Assembly (NCBI GenBank): GCA_041691135.1
Contig: JBEPVF010000011.1
Span: forward strand, 1-55,554
Reading direction: 5' to 3'
DNA length: 55,554 nt
Source of the DNA: Candidatus Peribacteria bacterium
GTDB taxonomy: Bacteria > Patescibacteriota > Gracilibacteria > Peribacterales > Peribacteraceae
The position numbers were made by a program, and so were the translations under genes. Under the pieces are notes generated by a model, which had not been told where the DNA came from, ran no database searches, and saw only the letters and a program-made list of their open reading frames with translations. Shown piece by piece: positions 8,854-18,303 of this stretch; positions within the stretch are counted from its first letter, which is position 1, and the number at the start of each line of letters is the position of its first letter.

Positions 8854-10107
8854 TTAGGTGCCTTCTTTCCAACTCGTCAGATACTTCTGCTGCTCCTTTG
8901 TCAGATCATCAATCGTAATACCCATCGCCTTCAACTGTAATTCAGAAATGAACGTATCGATCTCCGGAGGCAACGTGATTACCGTTGCCTGCAGCTTGCC
9001 TTTGTTCTTCACCAGATATTCACACGCCAACGCCTGGCCACAGAAACTGAGACTCATCACTTCGCTGGGATGGCCTTCGGCGGATGCCAGGTTCACCAGG
9101 CGGCCTTCGCCGGCCAAATAAATAACGCGACCGTTCGGCAGCAAGTATTCATCCAAGTAATGGCGCACGCGACGCTTGGTCTTGGCGTTTCCTTCCAGGG
9201 CATCCAAGTCGATCTCGCAATCGAAGTGTCCGGAGTTCGCCATCACTGCACCGTCCTTCATCTGTTCCATGTGTTCGTAGCGGATCACGTGCAAATTGCC
9301 GGTCACCGTGATGAACAAGTCGCCTTCCTTTACCGCCTGATCCATCGGCAGTACACGATGGCCGTCCATGGCCGCCTGAAGCGCTGCGAACGGTTCGACT
9401 TCGGTCACGATCACTTGGGCGCCCATCCCTTTCGCTCGCAGCGACACGCCTTTGCCACAGCTGCCGTAGCCCAGAACAACAACCGTCTTGCCCGCGATGA
9501 GCAGATTGGTTGAGCGCAGAATGCCGTCGAAGGTGGACTGGCCTGTGCCGTAGTAGTTGTCCATGAGGTGTTTCGTCTTGTTGTCGTTTACGGCGATCAA
9601 CGGAATCTTGAGCACGCCGTCGCGTTCCATCGACTTGAGGCGGATGATGCCGGTCGTCGTTTCCTCGCAACCGCCGATCAGTTTTTTGAGCACGTCCGGA
9701 TACGTCTGGTGGATCTCGGTGATCAGATCGCAACCGTCGTCGATAGTGATATCCGGTCCAGTATCGATGACTGATTTGATGTATCGGTAGTAGTCCTCTT
9801 TCGTCTCGCCCTTGTAGGCCCACACTGTCACATCCTTTTCCTCAGCCAGAGCAGCCGCCACATCGTCCTGCGTGCTGAGTGGATTACAGCCGGTAATGGC
9901 AACCTTCGCACCGCCCGCCACCAGCGTCTTCACCAGCACAGCCGTCTCTTTGGTCACGTGCAACGCCATGCCGATGGTCAGACCGGCAAACGGTTTCTCT
10001 TTGGCAAATCTCTTCTGTACTTCCATTAAAGCACCCATACGGCGCTCGGCAATTTCGATGTTCAGCTTTCCTTGGGCAGCCAGGGAAGGGTCTTTGACAT
10101 GGGACAT
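8854..10107 (-). CDS. ahcY: adenosylhomocysteinase
   Basis: CNPLSTQD, DDGCDL, EETTTG, KHLMDNYYGTGQS, GRLVNL...GHP. Confidence 0.97.
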   Translation of the reverse strand: MSHVKDPSLAAQGKLNIEIAERRMGALMEVQKRFAKEKPFAGLTIGMALHVTKETAVLVKTLVAGGAKVAITGCNPLSTQDDVAAALAEEKDVTVWAYKGETKEDYYRYIKSVIDTGPDITIDDGCDLITEIHQTYPDVLKKLIGGCEETTTGIIRLKSMERDGVLKIPLIAVNDNKTKHLMDNYYGTGQSTFDGILRSTNLLIAGKTVVVLGYGSCGKGVSLRAKGMGAQVIVTEVEPFAALQAAMDGHRVLPMDQAVKEGDLFITVTGNLHVIRYEHMEQMKDGAVMANSGHFDCEIDLDALEGNAKTKRRVRHYLDEYLLPNGRVIYLAGEGRLVNLASAEGHPSEVMSLSFCGQALACEYLVKNKGKLQATVITLPPEIDTFISELQLKAMGITIDDLTKEQQKYLTSWKEGT

Positions 10108-10169
10108 GTGACGAGGGTAACAGAGAACCGAGCCGGAAGAAAATGTCAGTCATGCTGTACCATGCGGCT

Positions 10170-10754
10170 ATGGATTTCAGCCAAAACGACCGGCTAACGT
10201 ATTCGGAGGAAACATTCTCCAAACTCAACCTGATCGAAGCTGAGGTACGCGGAAAGGAATTCGACAAGTGCCGTTTCGAGAAATCCAGTTTCCTGCAGTG
10301 TGATTTCCAGGCCTGCCGGTTCATCGACTGCACCTTCAGCGGCTGCATGATCAGCGCCACCAAATTCAAGAGCAGCACCCTCGTCGATACGCTGTTCACC
10401 GACTCAAAAATTATGGGCATCGACTGGACGCGTATAGCCAACGCCCGCGGCTTCCAGTTCACCAAATGCGAACTGCTCAATCTCGGTTTCGGCTTCATGA
10501 AACTGCCGAATATGATTATGACCGACTGCGCGGCGCACGAAGTGGATCTGATGGAAACCGACTGCACGGGCGCCGTCTTTGACGGAACCGATTTTCACAA
10601 AAGTTTATTCCTGCGGACGAATCTGACGAACGCGAGTTTTCGCCGAGCCTACAATTACGCGATTGATTTTCATCACAACACGCTCAAGAACGCCGTCTTC
10701 ACCATGCCGGAAGCGGCAAGTTTACTGCAGTATTTGGAGATCGTTATTGAATGA
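10170..10754 (+). CDS. pentapeptide repeat protein
   Basis: Periodic xxFxx/xxLxx five-residue repeats (CRFEK SSFLQ CDFQA CRFID). Confidence 0.88.
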   Translation: MDFSQNDRLTYSEETFSKLNLIEAEVRGKEFDKCRFEKSSFLQCDFQACRFIDCTFSGCMISATKFKSSTLVDTLFTDSKIMGIDWTRIANARGFQFTKCELLNLGFGFMKLPNMIMTDCAAHEVDLMETDCTGAVFDGTDFHKSLFLRTNLTNASFRRAYNYAIDFHHNTLKNAVFTMPEAASLLQYLEIVIE

Positions 10755-10755
10755 T

Positions 10756-11706
10756 TTACGGCAGTTCCGGCAGCATCTCGCCGTACGTCGTCTCGGCCCG
10801 GCCCAGCACCGCATTGATGTCCAGCGAATCGGTGAGCGTACCGTCGTATTCCACCTCGAACGACGCGACGGATGCACCGAATCGCCCGCACTGTTCCAGC
10901 GTCCAACCGGCGGCAAGCCCGGTAATGAAGCCCGCCCGTAATGCATCGCCCGCGCCCGTCGGATTTATCACCTTCTCCGCTTTGCAGGCCGGGATGACCA
11001 TCGTGCGATCATGACCATAGATGGTCAGACCGTCTTCGCCATGGGTGACGACGACAAAGTCGGTCATCCTGAGAACGTCATCGAAAGAAACATGCGCTTT
11101 GTCCGCCACCTGCGTCCACTCGTACGCATTCACAATGAGCCCGCTGCTGAGGCGAATTGCGCGGATGAGTTCGTCGGGACTGAGTGCGTTGGTCGCCTGA
11201 CCGGGATCGAACAGAAACGGCACGGCGAATTCACTACACCATCGCGCACCTTGCATCATCATCATGACATTGCGCGGACTGATGATGGCATATGCAATAT
11301 CGTCGCGCTGCTGCGACAGGTCGGGCCATTGCCCTTTGGCATCGGCACCGGGATGGAAAAAGCTGATCTGTCGGCTATCGCTGTCGGTCACGATGATCGC
11401 CGTCGCCGTCATGGCATCGGAAAGTTCTTCCACATGGTCCATCGCAATGCCCCGGGATTCCAGCAGCGCCTTGTACTCGCCGCCGTCCGTCCCCACCGTT
11501 GCCACGAGCAGCGGATCCTGGTTGAGCAATTGCAGATGCCATCCGATATTCGCCGCCGTACCGCCGTGGTGCTTCTCGAAGTGCGGCGTCAGGAAATTGA
11601 TCGACAGTTCCTGCAGATTGGTCACGTCGATGCCGTCCAAAAATGAACCGTCATGCGTGAGCAATTGGTCATAGGCAACAGAACCGGTGACGAGAATGCG
11701 TTTCAT
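10756..11706 (-). CDS. PfkB-family nucleoside (adenosine) kinase
   Basis: VTGSVAYD, GGTAANI, DPGQ, PTGAGDALRAG motifs. Confidence 0.88.
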   Translation of the reverse strand: MKRILVTGSVAYDQLLTHDGSFLDGIDVTNLQELSINFLTPHFEKHHGGTAANIGWHLQLLNQDPLLVATVGTDGGEYKALLESRGIAMDHVEELSDAMTATAIIVTDSDSRQISFFHPGADAKGQWPDLSQQRDDIAYAIISPRNVMMMMQGARWCSEFAVPFLFDPGQATNALSPDELIRAIRLSSGLIVNAYEWTQVADKAHVSFDDVLRMTDFVVVTHGEDGLTIYGHDRTMVIPACKAEKVINPTGAGDALRAGFITGLAAGWTLEQCGRFGASVASFEVEYDGTLTDSLDINAVLGRAETTYGEMLPELP

Positions 11707-11761
11707 CAAACGCATCATAAGCCCCTGACAGAGCAAAGACCAGCCGCTAGACTGCCTGCGC

Positions 11762-13099
11762 ATGAAGATTGCCGTTGTCGGCACCGGCTACGTTGGACTT
11801 GTCTCGGCTGCCTGTTTCGCAGAGCTGGGGCACACGGTGTATGGAGTGGATATCGACGAAGCGAAGGTAAAGAAATTACAGTCGGGCAAGAGCACCATTT
11901 ACGAGCCGGGACTGGAAGAAATCCTGCAGCGCGGCATCGCCAACGGACGCCTGTCGTTCACCACCGATCTGCCGAGTGTCCTGCCCGAGGTATCGATCCT
12001 CTTCTCCGCCGTCGCCACGCCGTCCGGCGAAGGACATAAGGCCGACCTGCGCGCCGTGTTCGCCGTGGCCGAAACCGTGGCAAAGAATATCGATCACGAT
12101 TTGGTATTCGTGAATAAGTCGACGGTGCCCGTCGGCACGGGCAAGCAATGTGAGGACCGTATCGCCGCCATTCTCAAAGATCGCGGACTTGTCTGCCAAG
12201 TTCCCGTCGTCAGCAATCCCGAATTTCTGCGCGAAGGTATGGCCATGAGCGATACGATGATGCCGGATCGAATCGTCGTCGGCTTGAATGAAGAAGCGAA
12301 TGCGAAGAGTGACTTTTCGGCACGCGAACTGATCGAAGAAATCTACCGACCGATCACCCGCATCTCCAAACCGATTGTCTTCATGAACCGCGAAAGCGCC
12401 GAGATCGTGAAGTACGCCAGTAATTCGTTTCTCGCCACCAAGATCAGCTTCATCAACATGATGAGCGAGCTCGCCGAAAAAACCGGAGCGAATATCCGAG
12501 ATGTGGCGCTGGGCATGGGCCTGGATGATCGCATCGGACCGCGCTTCTTGCACGCCGGCATCGGCTACGGCGGCAGCTGTTTCCCGAAAGATGTAAAAGC
12601 ACTGATGGCCACCGCCAAGGAATACGACATCGACCTCTCCATCGTCGACGCAACAGACCGGATCAATCAAAGGCAACGCCACCGCTTCTTCCAAAAAGTT
12701 CTCGACGCCCTGCCAGCCAAAGCAACAGTCGCCATCTGGGGCCTCAGCTTCAAACCCAAGACCGACGACATGCGCGATGCGCCAAGCTTGGATCTGATTC
12801 CGCTGCTCATCGAGAAAGGTCATACGATCAAAGCATTCGATCCGGAAGCGATGGAGAATGCGAAACGACTGATGCCGAGCGGCGTGGACTATGTGGACTC
12901 ACCAATGGATGCCGCAAAGGATGCCGACGTCGTAGTGGTACTGACCGAGTGGGACGAATTCCGCGGCGTCGATTTGAAGCAGGTCAAAAGCACGATGAAA
13001 GGCAAGCATCTGTTCGACGGCAGGAATATCTATGAACCGAGAGAAGTACGTGAGGCAGGACTTGTGTATCAGGGAATCGGCATCAGTTCGCACGCTTAG
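11762..13099 (+). CDS. ugd: UDP-glucose 6-dehydrogenase
   Basis: GTGYVG, NKSTVPVG, SNPEFLREG, GYGGSCFPKD, FKPKTDD. Confidence 0.95.
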   Translation: MKIAVVGTGYVGLVSAACFAELGHTVYGVDIDEAKVKKLQSGKSTIYEPGLEEILQRGIANGRLSFTTDLPSVLPEVSILFSAVATPSGEGHKADLRAVFAVAETVAKNIDHDLVFVNKSTVPVGTGKQCEDRIAAILKDRGLVCQVPVVSNPEFLREGMAMSDTMMPDRIVVGLNEEANAKSDFSARELIEEIYRPITRISKPIVFMNRESAEIVKYASNSFLATKISFINMMSELAEKTGANIRDVALGMGLDDRIGPRFLHAGIGYGGSCFPKDVKALMATAKEYDIDLSIVDATDRINQRQRHRFFQKVLDALPAKATVAIWGLSFKPKTDDMRDAPSLDLIPLLIEKGHTIKAFDPEAMENAKRLMPSGVDYVDSPMDAAKDADVVVVLTEWDEFRGVDLKQVKSTMKGKHLFDGRNIYEPREVREAGLVYQGIGISSHA

Positions 13100-13640
13100 G
13101 CTTTCGGCCTTTCTCGCTTGGAATTTGATGATAGACCCTCATGGCCTCTTCGCCCTTTGTTCTCATCCAGGCATAGAGTCGTGCCGACTGCTGGTCTCCT
13201 TTTTTCGAACATTTTTGCCCTTCTACCGACTGAGCAGCCAACATTGTCGTCACTATATTTTTGATGGCAGCACGCATAAGCGAATCGACATTCCCATTCC
13301 CATGTCCACAAGAGCCCTCCCAAAGTTTTTGCCGTACGGTAGCAATATCTGTTGGTGTTGGGACGAGTGACTTTCCTTGATATTTAACCTTTACGGCTAC
13401 TGCCGCCAAAGCGTCATCGGTCCATCCATCGACACTTTTGATCCAGAAGCCGATACCTGGAATACTTCGTATACGTTCCCGGATATCCTGTTCCCATTCA
13501 GCGGTCCCTTCCGGGTGTGTCGTATACGGTTCGGTCGGCTTCGATTCACCCTTCGCATAGGTTTGAGCATCTCCATCAATATCAATGGAATCGAAATCCG
13601 CTAATGGATCGTCTGCCTCTATTTGTGGACCTTTCTTCAT
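13083..13640 (-). CDS. hypothetical protein
   Basis: Open frame between two convergent/divergent genes; acidic N-terminus; no motif recognised. Confidence 0.55.
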   Translation of the reverse strand: MKKGPQIEADDPLADFDSIDIDGDAQTYAKGESKPTEPYTTHPEGTAEWEQDIRERIRSIPGIGFWIKSVDGWTDDALAAVAVKVKYQGKSLVPTPTDIATVRQKLWEGSCGHGNGNVDSLMRAAIKNIVTTMLAAQSVEGQKCSKKGDQQSARLYAWMRTKGEEAMRVYHQIPSEKGRKPKRAN

Positions 13641-13725
13641 AGAAGGCTCAGCGTAGGAGAGAAAGCCAAATACACAAGCTCGTCGTGCTTTTATGGTCAA
13701 AGTTTTGTACATTATGCCTATTCCT

Positions 13726-14670
13726 ATGAAAATTTTCCTCACCGGAGCTGCCGGCTTCATTGGCTTCCACACTGCGCTCAAACTGATTGAACGCGGCGAT
13801 ACGGTGATTGGTTACGACAACTTCAGTCCGTACTACGACCCGACACTCAAAGAAGCGCGAGCCAAGATCCTGAAAGATAAAGGCATCGACATTATCCGCG
13901 GCGACATTCTGGATCGCCCAAAATTGGCTGAGGCGATGAAGGGTGCCGACCGCGTGTGCCACTTGGCTGCACTGGCCGGCGTGCGATACGCGTTTGAACA
14001 TCCGGAGGAATACATCGACATCAACATCACCGGCTTCTTCCATGTGATCGACGAAGTGCGGAAGCAGAAGATCCCCGGACTCGTCTACGCATCGAGCAGT
14101 TCGGTGTACGGAGGGAACGACAAGTTGCCGGCGAGCGAAGAAGACCGGACCGAGAACCAAGTGAGCTTGTATGGCATGAATAAGAAAGATAATGAGCTGA
14201 TGGCCCATACATACCATCATCTGTACGGCATTCCGGTGACGGGCCTGCGCTTCTTTACCGTGTATGGCCCATATGGCCGCCCGGATATGGCGCTGTTTCT
14301 GTTCACCGATGCGATGCTCAAGGGCAAGCCTCTGCAGATCTACGGCGAAGGAAAAATGCAGCGCGACTTCACGTACGTCGACGACATCGTGTCGGGCATC
14401 GTCGCCTCCATCGACAAAAATTACCCGGAGGAAATCTTCAACCTTGGATCCGGACGCAAAGAGGAACTGATGGATTTCGTTTCGACCATCGAGAAGGAAT
14501 GCGGCGTCGAGGCGAAGAAGGAGTTCTTGCCAATGCAACCCGGCGACGTGCGCGCCAGTTTGGCCGACGTATCGAAGGCAAAGAAGCTACTCAGCTATGA
14601 ACCACAAACGATGATCAAAGACGGGATTCCGAAGTTCGTAGAGTGGTATCGCACGTATTACAGTCTGTAA
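13726..14670 (+). CDS. UDP-glucuronate 4-epimerase-like SDR
   Basis: TGAAGFIG, HLAALAGVRY, ASSSSVYG, YGMNK, LRFFTVYGPYGRPDMA, PMQPGDV. Confidence 0.92.
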   Translation: MKIFLTGAAGFIGFHTALKLIERGDTVIGYDNFSPYYDPTLKEARAKILKDKGIDIIRGDILDRPKLAEAMKGADRVCHLAALAGVRYAFEHPEEYIDINITGFFHVIDEVRKQKIPGLVYASSSSVYGGNDKLPASEEDRTENQVSLYGMNKKDNELMAHTYHHLYGIPVTGLRFFTVYGPYGRPDMALFLFTDAMLKGKPLQIYGEGKMQRDFTYVDDIVSGIVASIDKNYPEEIFNLGSGRKEELMDFVSTIEKECGVEAKKEFLPMQPGDVRASLADVSKAKKLLSYEPQTMIKDGIPKFVEWYRTYYSL

Positions 14671-14682
14671 GACGCCTGTCGA

Positions 14683-15855
14683 TTATTTCCTCCGCTCGAA
14701 TACGGGCATCGGTGTTTTACCGAGCGACTGCCACTCCGGTGGGATCTTGACCCCAATGCAGGCATCCAAACATACAATCGCCTGAGCGTGGGGCACGAGT
14801 GCCTGAGTGTATCGATAGATAGGAAACGAACTCTCGTATTGCCATTCGTGGCCGAAGGAACCGCTGATCAGAACATCGCCCAGTTTGTGTTGATCGGCAA
14901 TCACCTGCATCACGGCACGAGCCGGCGTGGGATGCAGAGCGGGAATCGATCGCCAGACGATGACTACCGAGAGTGCGATTTCGATGACGAGTACGACTTG
15001 AAAAATCCACTGCCGGGAATAAAACAGCATGCCCGTCACGAGCAGCGGCAGCAGGAGAATGGCATTGTAATCGAACCGAGCGAGGAACAGGTACGCACTG
15101 ACCAGCACGAACGACAGGATCAGTTCCCACTGACGCGATCGCGCAAGACCGATGGTACCCATCACACTCAGAATGAGGCTGCCGCTGAGCATCCATACCT
15201 GCAGGAACCCTGCGACTTTTTCGACGAGCGTCGTGTGCGTACCCTGATCCCCTTTGATCATGATCGCCGCCAGTGCGAGAGGATTGGTGAAGGTGTAGAG
15301 CATCAGGAGCAGTACAGGTACAACGATGTACAGGAACTTCGCCATCCGGTGGATCCGCACTTTTTTGATGATCGCCACCATCAGCGGCAGATACAAAATG
15401 GCCTGATAGGCGGTAAAGAGAGAAACAAGCCAGAAGAGCCCGACCCAGCCGGCCCATTCTTCCTTCAACTCTATTTTGGACACCAACCACAGCAACACCA
15501 ATCCCTGCAGCGCCGTGAGCGGCGCCATCATGACGGTACCCGCCTGGAGCACCAAGGCACTGGCACAGAGCCACATAAGTGCAACGTACCGCCGCTGACG
15601 ACGCGGCATGCCTAAGGTGAGTGCCCATACCAGCCACACCGCCTGTACGCACAGCGATGCGAAGACGATGCGCCAGAAGAATTCCTGATGCGACCATCCA
15701 TCCGTGAGTCCGAGCAGCCATCGCGCCAGGGGCGGATGCGGATAGGGGATATTCAATAGATACTTAGCTTCGTCCGTATGCACGCCGCCGAGCGATTGCA
15801 TGGACGCCAGGGCCACCGCGTAGGCCTCGAGGATTAGAGACAGGAAGAACCGCAT
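14683..15855 (-). CDS. polytopic membrane protein, GT-C-like glycosyltransferase
   Basis: TDEAKY...HPPL N-terminal loop motif and many TM segments; start uncertain. Confidence 0.65.
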   Translation of the reverse strand: MRFFLSLILEAYAVALASMQSLGGVHTDEAKYLLNIPYPHPPLARWLLGLTDGWSHQEFFWRIVFASLCVQAVWLVWALTLGMPRRQRRYVALMWLCASALVLQAGTVMMAPLTALQGLVLLWLVSKIELKEEWAGWVGLFWLVSLFTAYQAILYLPLMVAIIKKVRIHRMAKFLYIVVPVLLLMLYTFTNPLALAAIMIKGDQGTHTTLVEKVAGFLQVWMLSGSLILSVMGTIGLARSRQWELILSFVLVSAYLFLARFDYNAILLLPLLVTGMLFYSRQWIFQVVLVIEIALSVVIVWRSIPALHPTPARAVMQVIADQHKLGDVLISGSFGHEWQYESSFPIYRYTQALVPHAQAIVCLDACIGVKIPPEWQSLGKTPMPVFERRK

Positions 15856-16148
15856 GATTGAAGAACATGATGGGTGAAGCAGTACTGATGGCACTGCAGA
15901 CTATCGCCACCGCGATGGTGCGGATGGTACTCGAAGGTCATGGATTGATCGGTGACATCGGTGATCGCCATATCCGAAACCAGCCAGCCCTGCGCCTCGG
16001 CAATCGCATTGAGGGCCGTCTGCGTTTGGGCACGCGTACCGGCATGCAGATACAGCGGCACAAGTGGGAGGAACCGCATGCTGAGCACCGCGAACACGCC
16101 CAGACTCACCAACGTGAAAGCGAGAGCGGAGAGGGGCGGGCGGGTCAT
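15834..16148 (-). CDS. small membrane-anchored hypothetical protein
   Basis: One TM helix; ATGA overlap with the upstream GT2. Confidence 0.6.
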   Translation of the reverse strand: MTRPPLSALAFTLVSLGVFAVLSMRFLPLVPLYLHAGTRAQTQTALNAIAEAQGWLVSDMAITDVTDQSMTFEYHPHHRGGDSLQCHQYCFTHHVLQSCGSSCL

Positions 16149-17212
16149 ACTTTCCACGTGATAAGCTGGCTCATCGTGTAGTTCCAGATCATACCGACGA
16201 GGGCCCCGAGCATGATGGCAGCAATCTTGGTGACGCCGTGATCGTGCAGCGAACTGGCGATTGAATAATTCGCTAACGCACCGAATATGCAGGCTGCATT
16301 ATATTTGAGGAAACCGGTGAGCAGTCGCCTGCCACGGAGCTTCACCTGCGAGAACGTCCACGTATTGTTCAGCCAGAAGTTGAAGATGATCGCCGCCTCG
16401 ATTCCGACAATCTGCGCCTGCGTATCGTCGGGAATAACCGACGAAGCGAGCAAGTACACGAGCAAATTCACCGCCACACCGATCGCACCGACTAAACAGT
16501 ATTTGAAGAACATCAGCGGCAAGTAATGCCCGACCGTGACGTCGTAAAGATACTCCAGAAACTCCACCTGTACCCGCCGCGAGAGTTTGCTCTCGCCGTG
16601 CAGGCGGCTCCCGAAGGTGAACGGAATCTCTTCCGCCGTCGTCCCACGCGGCACATGCACGAGCAGATCGAGCAAAATTTTGAAGCCTTTCGGATTGAGA
16701 TTCGGCAATGCCGCCTCGAACGTTTGCCGGTCGATGGCAAAAAAACCGCTCATCGGATCGCTCACCTTCACTTTGCATAGGCCCATCGCCATCCGTGTGG
16801 CTATTTTACTGAGTGTGTGGCGCCGCTCATCCCATTGCCCCACACTTCCACCTTCTGTGTACCGTGACCCGATCGCCATATTCTTGCCGCCATGCACTGA
16901 CTTATAAAGCGCCGGCAATAGTCCCAGATCGTGCTGACCGTCGGCATCCATCACCGCTAGCACGCTGCCCTTCGCCGCCAAAAAACCTTCGATCACGGCC
17001 GAAGACAATCCGCGGCGTCCCACTCGGCGGATCACATGCAGATGCGTATTCGTTTGAGCAAGATCACGCACAATCTGCCAAGTCTGATCCGGCGAGTTAT
17101 CGTCGACGACGATGATCTCGAACGGAATCTCTTTCAAAGCCTCCGCTATCTTCGGCAGCAGCACCGGCAGGTTCTCGGCTTCGTTATAGGTGGGCAAAAT
17201 CACGGACAACAT
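16145..17212 (-). CDS. polyprenol-phosphate glycosyltransferase (GT2) fused to GtrA-like domain
   Basis: ILPTYNE, VDDNSPD, MDADGQH, DPMSGFF; C-terminal 4-TM GtrA (FNFWLNNTWTF). Confidence 0.9.
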   Translation of the reverse strand: MLSVILPTYNEAENLPVLLPKIAEALKEIPFEIIVVDDNSPDQTWQIVRDLAQTNTHLHVIRRVGRRGLSSAVIEGFLAAKGSVLAVMDADGQHDLGLLPALYKSVHGGKNMAIGSRYTEGGSVGQWDERRHTLSKIATRMAMGLCKVKVSDPMSGFFAIDRQTFEAALPNLNPKGFKILLDLLVHVPRGTTAEEIPFTFGSRLHGESKLSRRVQVEFLEYLYDVTVGHYLPLMFFKYCLVGAIGVAVNLLVYLLASSVIPDDTQAQIVGIEAAIIFNFWLNNTWTFSQVKLRGRRLLTGFLKYNAACIFGALANYSIASSLHDHGVTKIAAIMLGALVGMIWNYTMSQLITWKV

Positions 17213-17343
17213 GTGCTGGGAGCTTAGCGTGAAACCCCTGTGGGGGGAAAATCCTAATCATTTGAATCCTTTAGGCTGAATCTGCTGAACCCTCTGGATC
17301 CCCTGCTTCCCGTTTTGCTATTTCCTCGTTAAGCTAGGACCAG

Positions 17344-18252
17344 ATGCACATCCTTGTTACCGGTTCTTCCGGCACCATCGGCACCCGTCTCTGCGAAAAG
17401 CTCTTGCAGCGGGGCAGTGCTGTTACCTGTTTGGACTGGAAGGAGAACAAGTGGCAACCGACCATCGACCGTATCACCGTCCGCAAAGATCTTCGAGATG
17501 CACAGGCTCTGGATGATCTGCCCGGCGATATCGATATGATCGTGCATCTGGCCGCGAATGCACGTGTGTATGACCTCGTGGAAGATCCAACACAGGCGCA
17601 CGACAACGTGACGACAACCTTCAATACATTGGAATTTGCCCGCAAGCGCGGCATCAAGAAATTTCTGTTCGCCTCGTCACGTGAGGTATACGGAAACGAA
17701 CAAGCAGCTCCGAAATACACTGAGGACATGGTACATGTGGAACATAGTGAAAGCCCGTACAGCGCCAGCAAACTGGCCGACGAAGCATTCATTCATGCCT
17801 ATACGCGCTGCTACGGCGTCGACCACATCATCTTTCGTTTCAGCAATGTGTACGGCATGTACGACGACAGTAACCGCGTCGTGCCGTTGTTCATTCGTCT
17901 GGCCAAGAAGAATGAAAAACTGACCGTGTTTGGCCAAGAAAAATGCCTCGACTTCACCTACATCGACGATACGGTCGACGGCATCATTGCCGCCATCGAC
18001 AAGTTTGATGCGGCTAAGAACGATACCTACAACCTAGCTTTCGGCCAGGGTACGACCCTCCTGCAACTCGCCGAAGACATCAAGCGGCTACTCAAGAGTG
18101 AATCGGAGATCGTGATGGGCAAACCGCGTACCGGTGAAGTAGTGCGCTACGTCGCCGACATCTCCAAGGCGAAAACCACCCTCGCCTACAATCCTCAAAC
18201 CGCCTTTGCCCAGGGCATCGAAAAAGCAGTCGAGTGGTACATGCAACACTGA
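17344..18252 (+). CDS. NAD-dependent epimerase/dehydratase
   Basis: TGSSGTIG, ASSREVYG, YSASK, RFSNVYG, DFTYIDD. Confidence 0.9.
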   Translation: MHILVTGSSGTIGTRLCEKLLQRGSAVTCLDWKENKWQPTIDRITVRKDLRDAQALDDLPGDIDMIVHLAANARVYDLVEDPTQAHDNVTTTFNTLEFARKRGIKKFLFASSREVYGNEQAAPKYTEDMVHVEHSESPYSASKLADEAFIHAYTRCYGVDHIIFRFSNVYGMYDDSNRVVPLFIRLAKKNEKLTVFGQEKCLDFTYIDDTVDGIIAAIDKFDAAKNDTYNLAFGQGTTLLQLAEDIKRLLKSESEIVMGKPRTGEVVRYVADISKAKTTLAYNPQTAFAQGIEKAVEWYMQH

Positions 18253-18303
18253 GCTTTTACTTTTGCTATTTGGGATTATCTTCCCTCGCTCTACACTCAG
18301 AGT

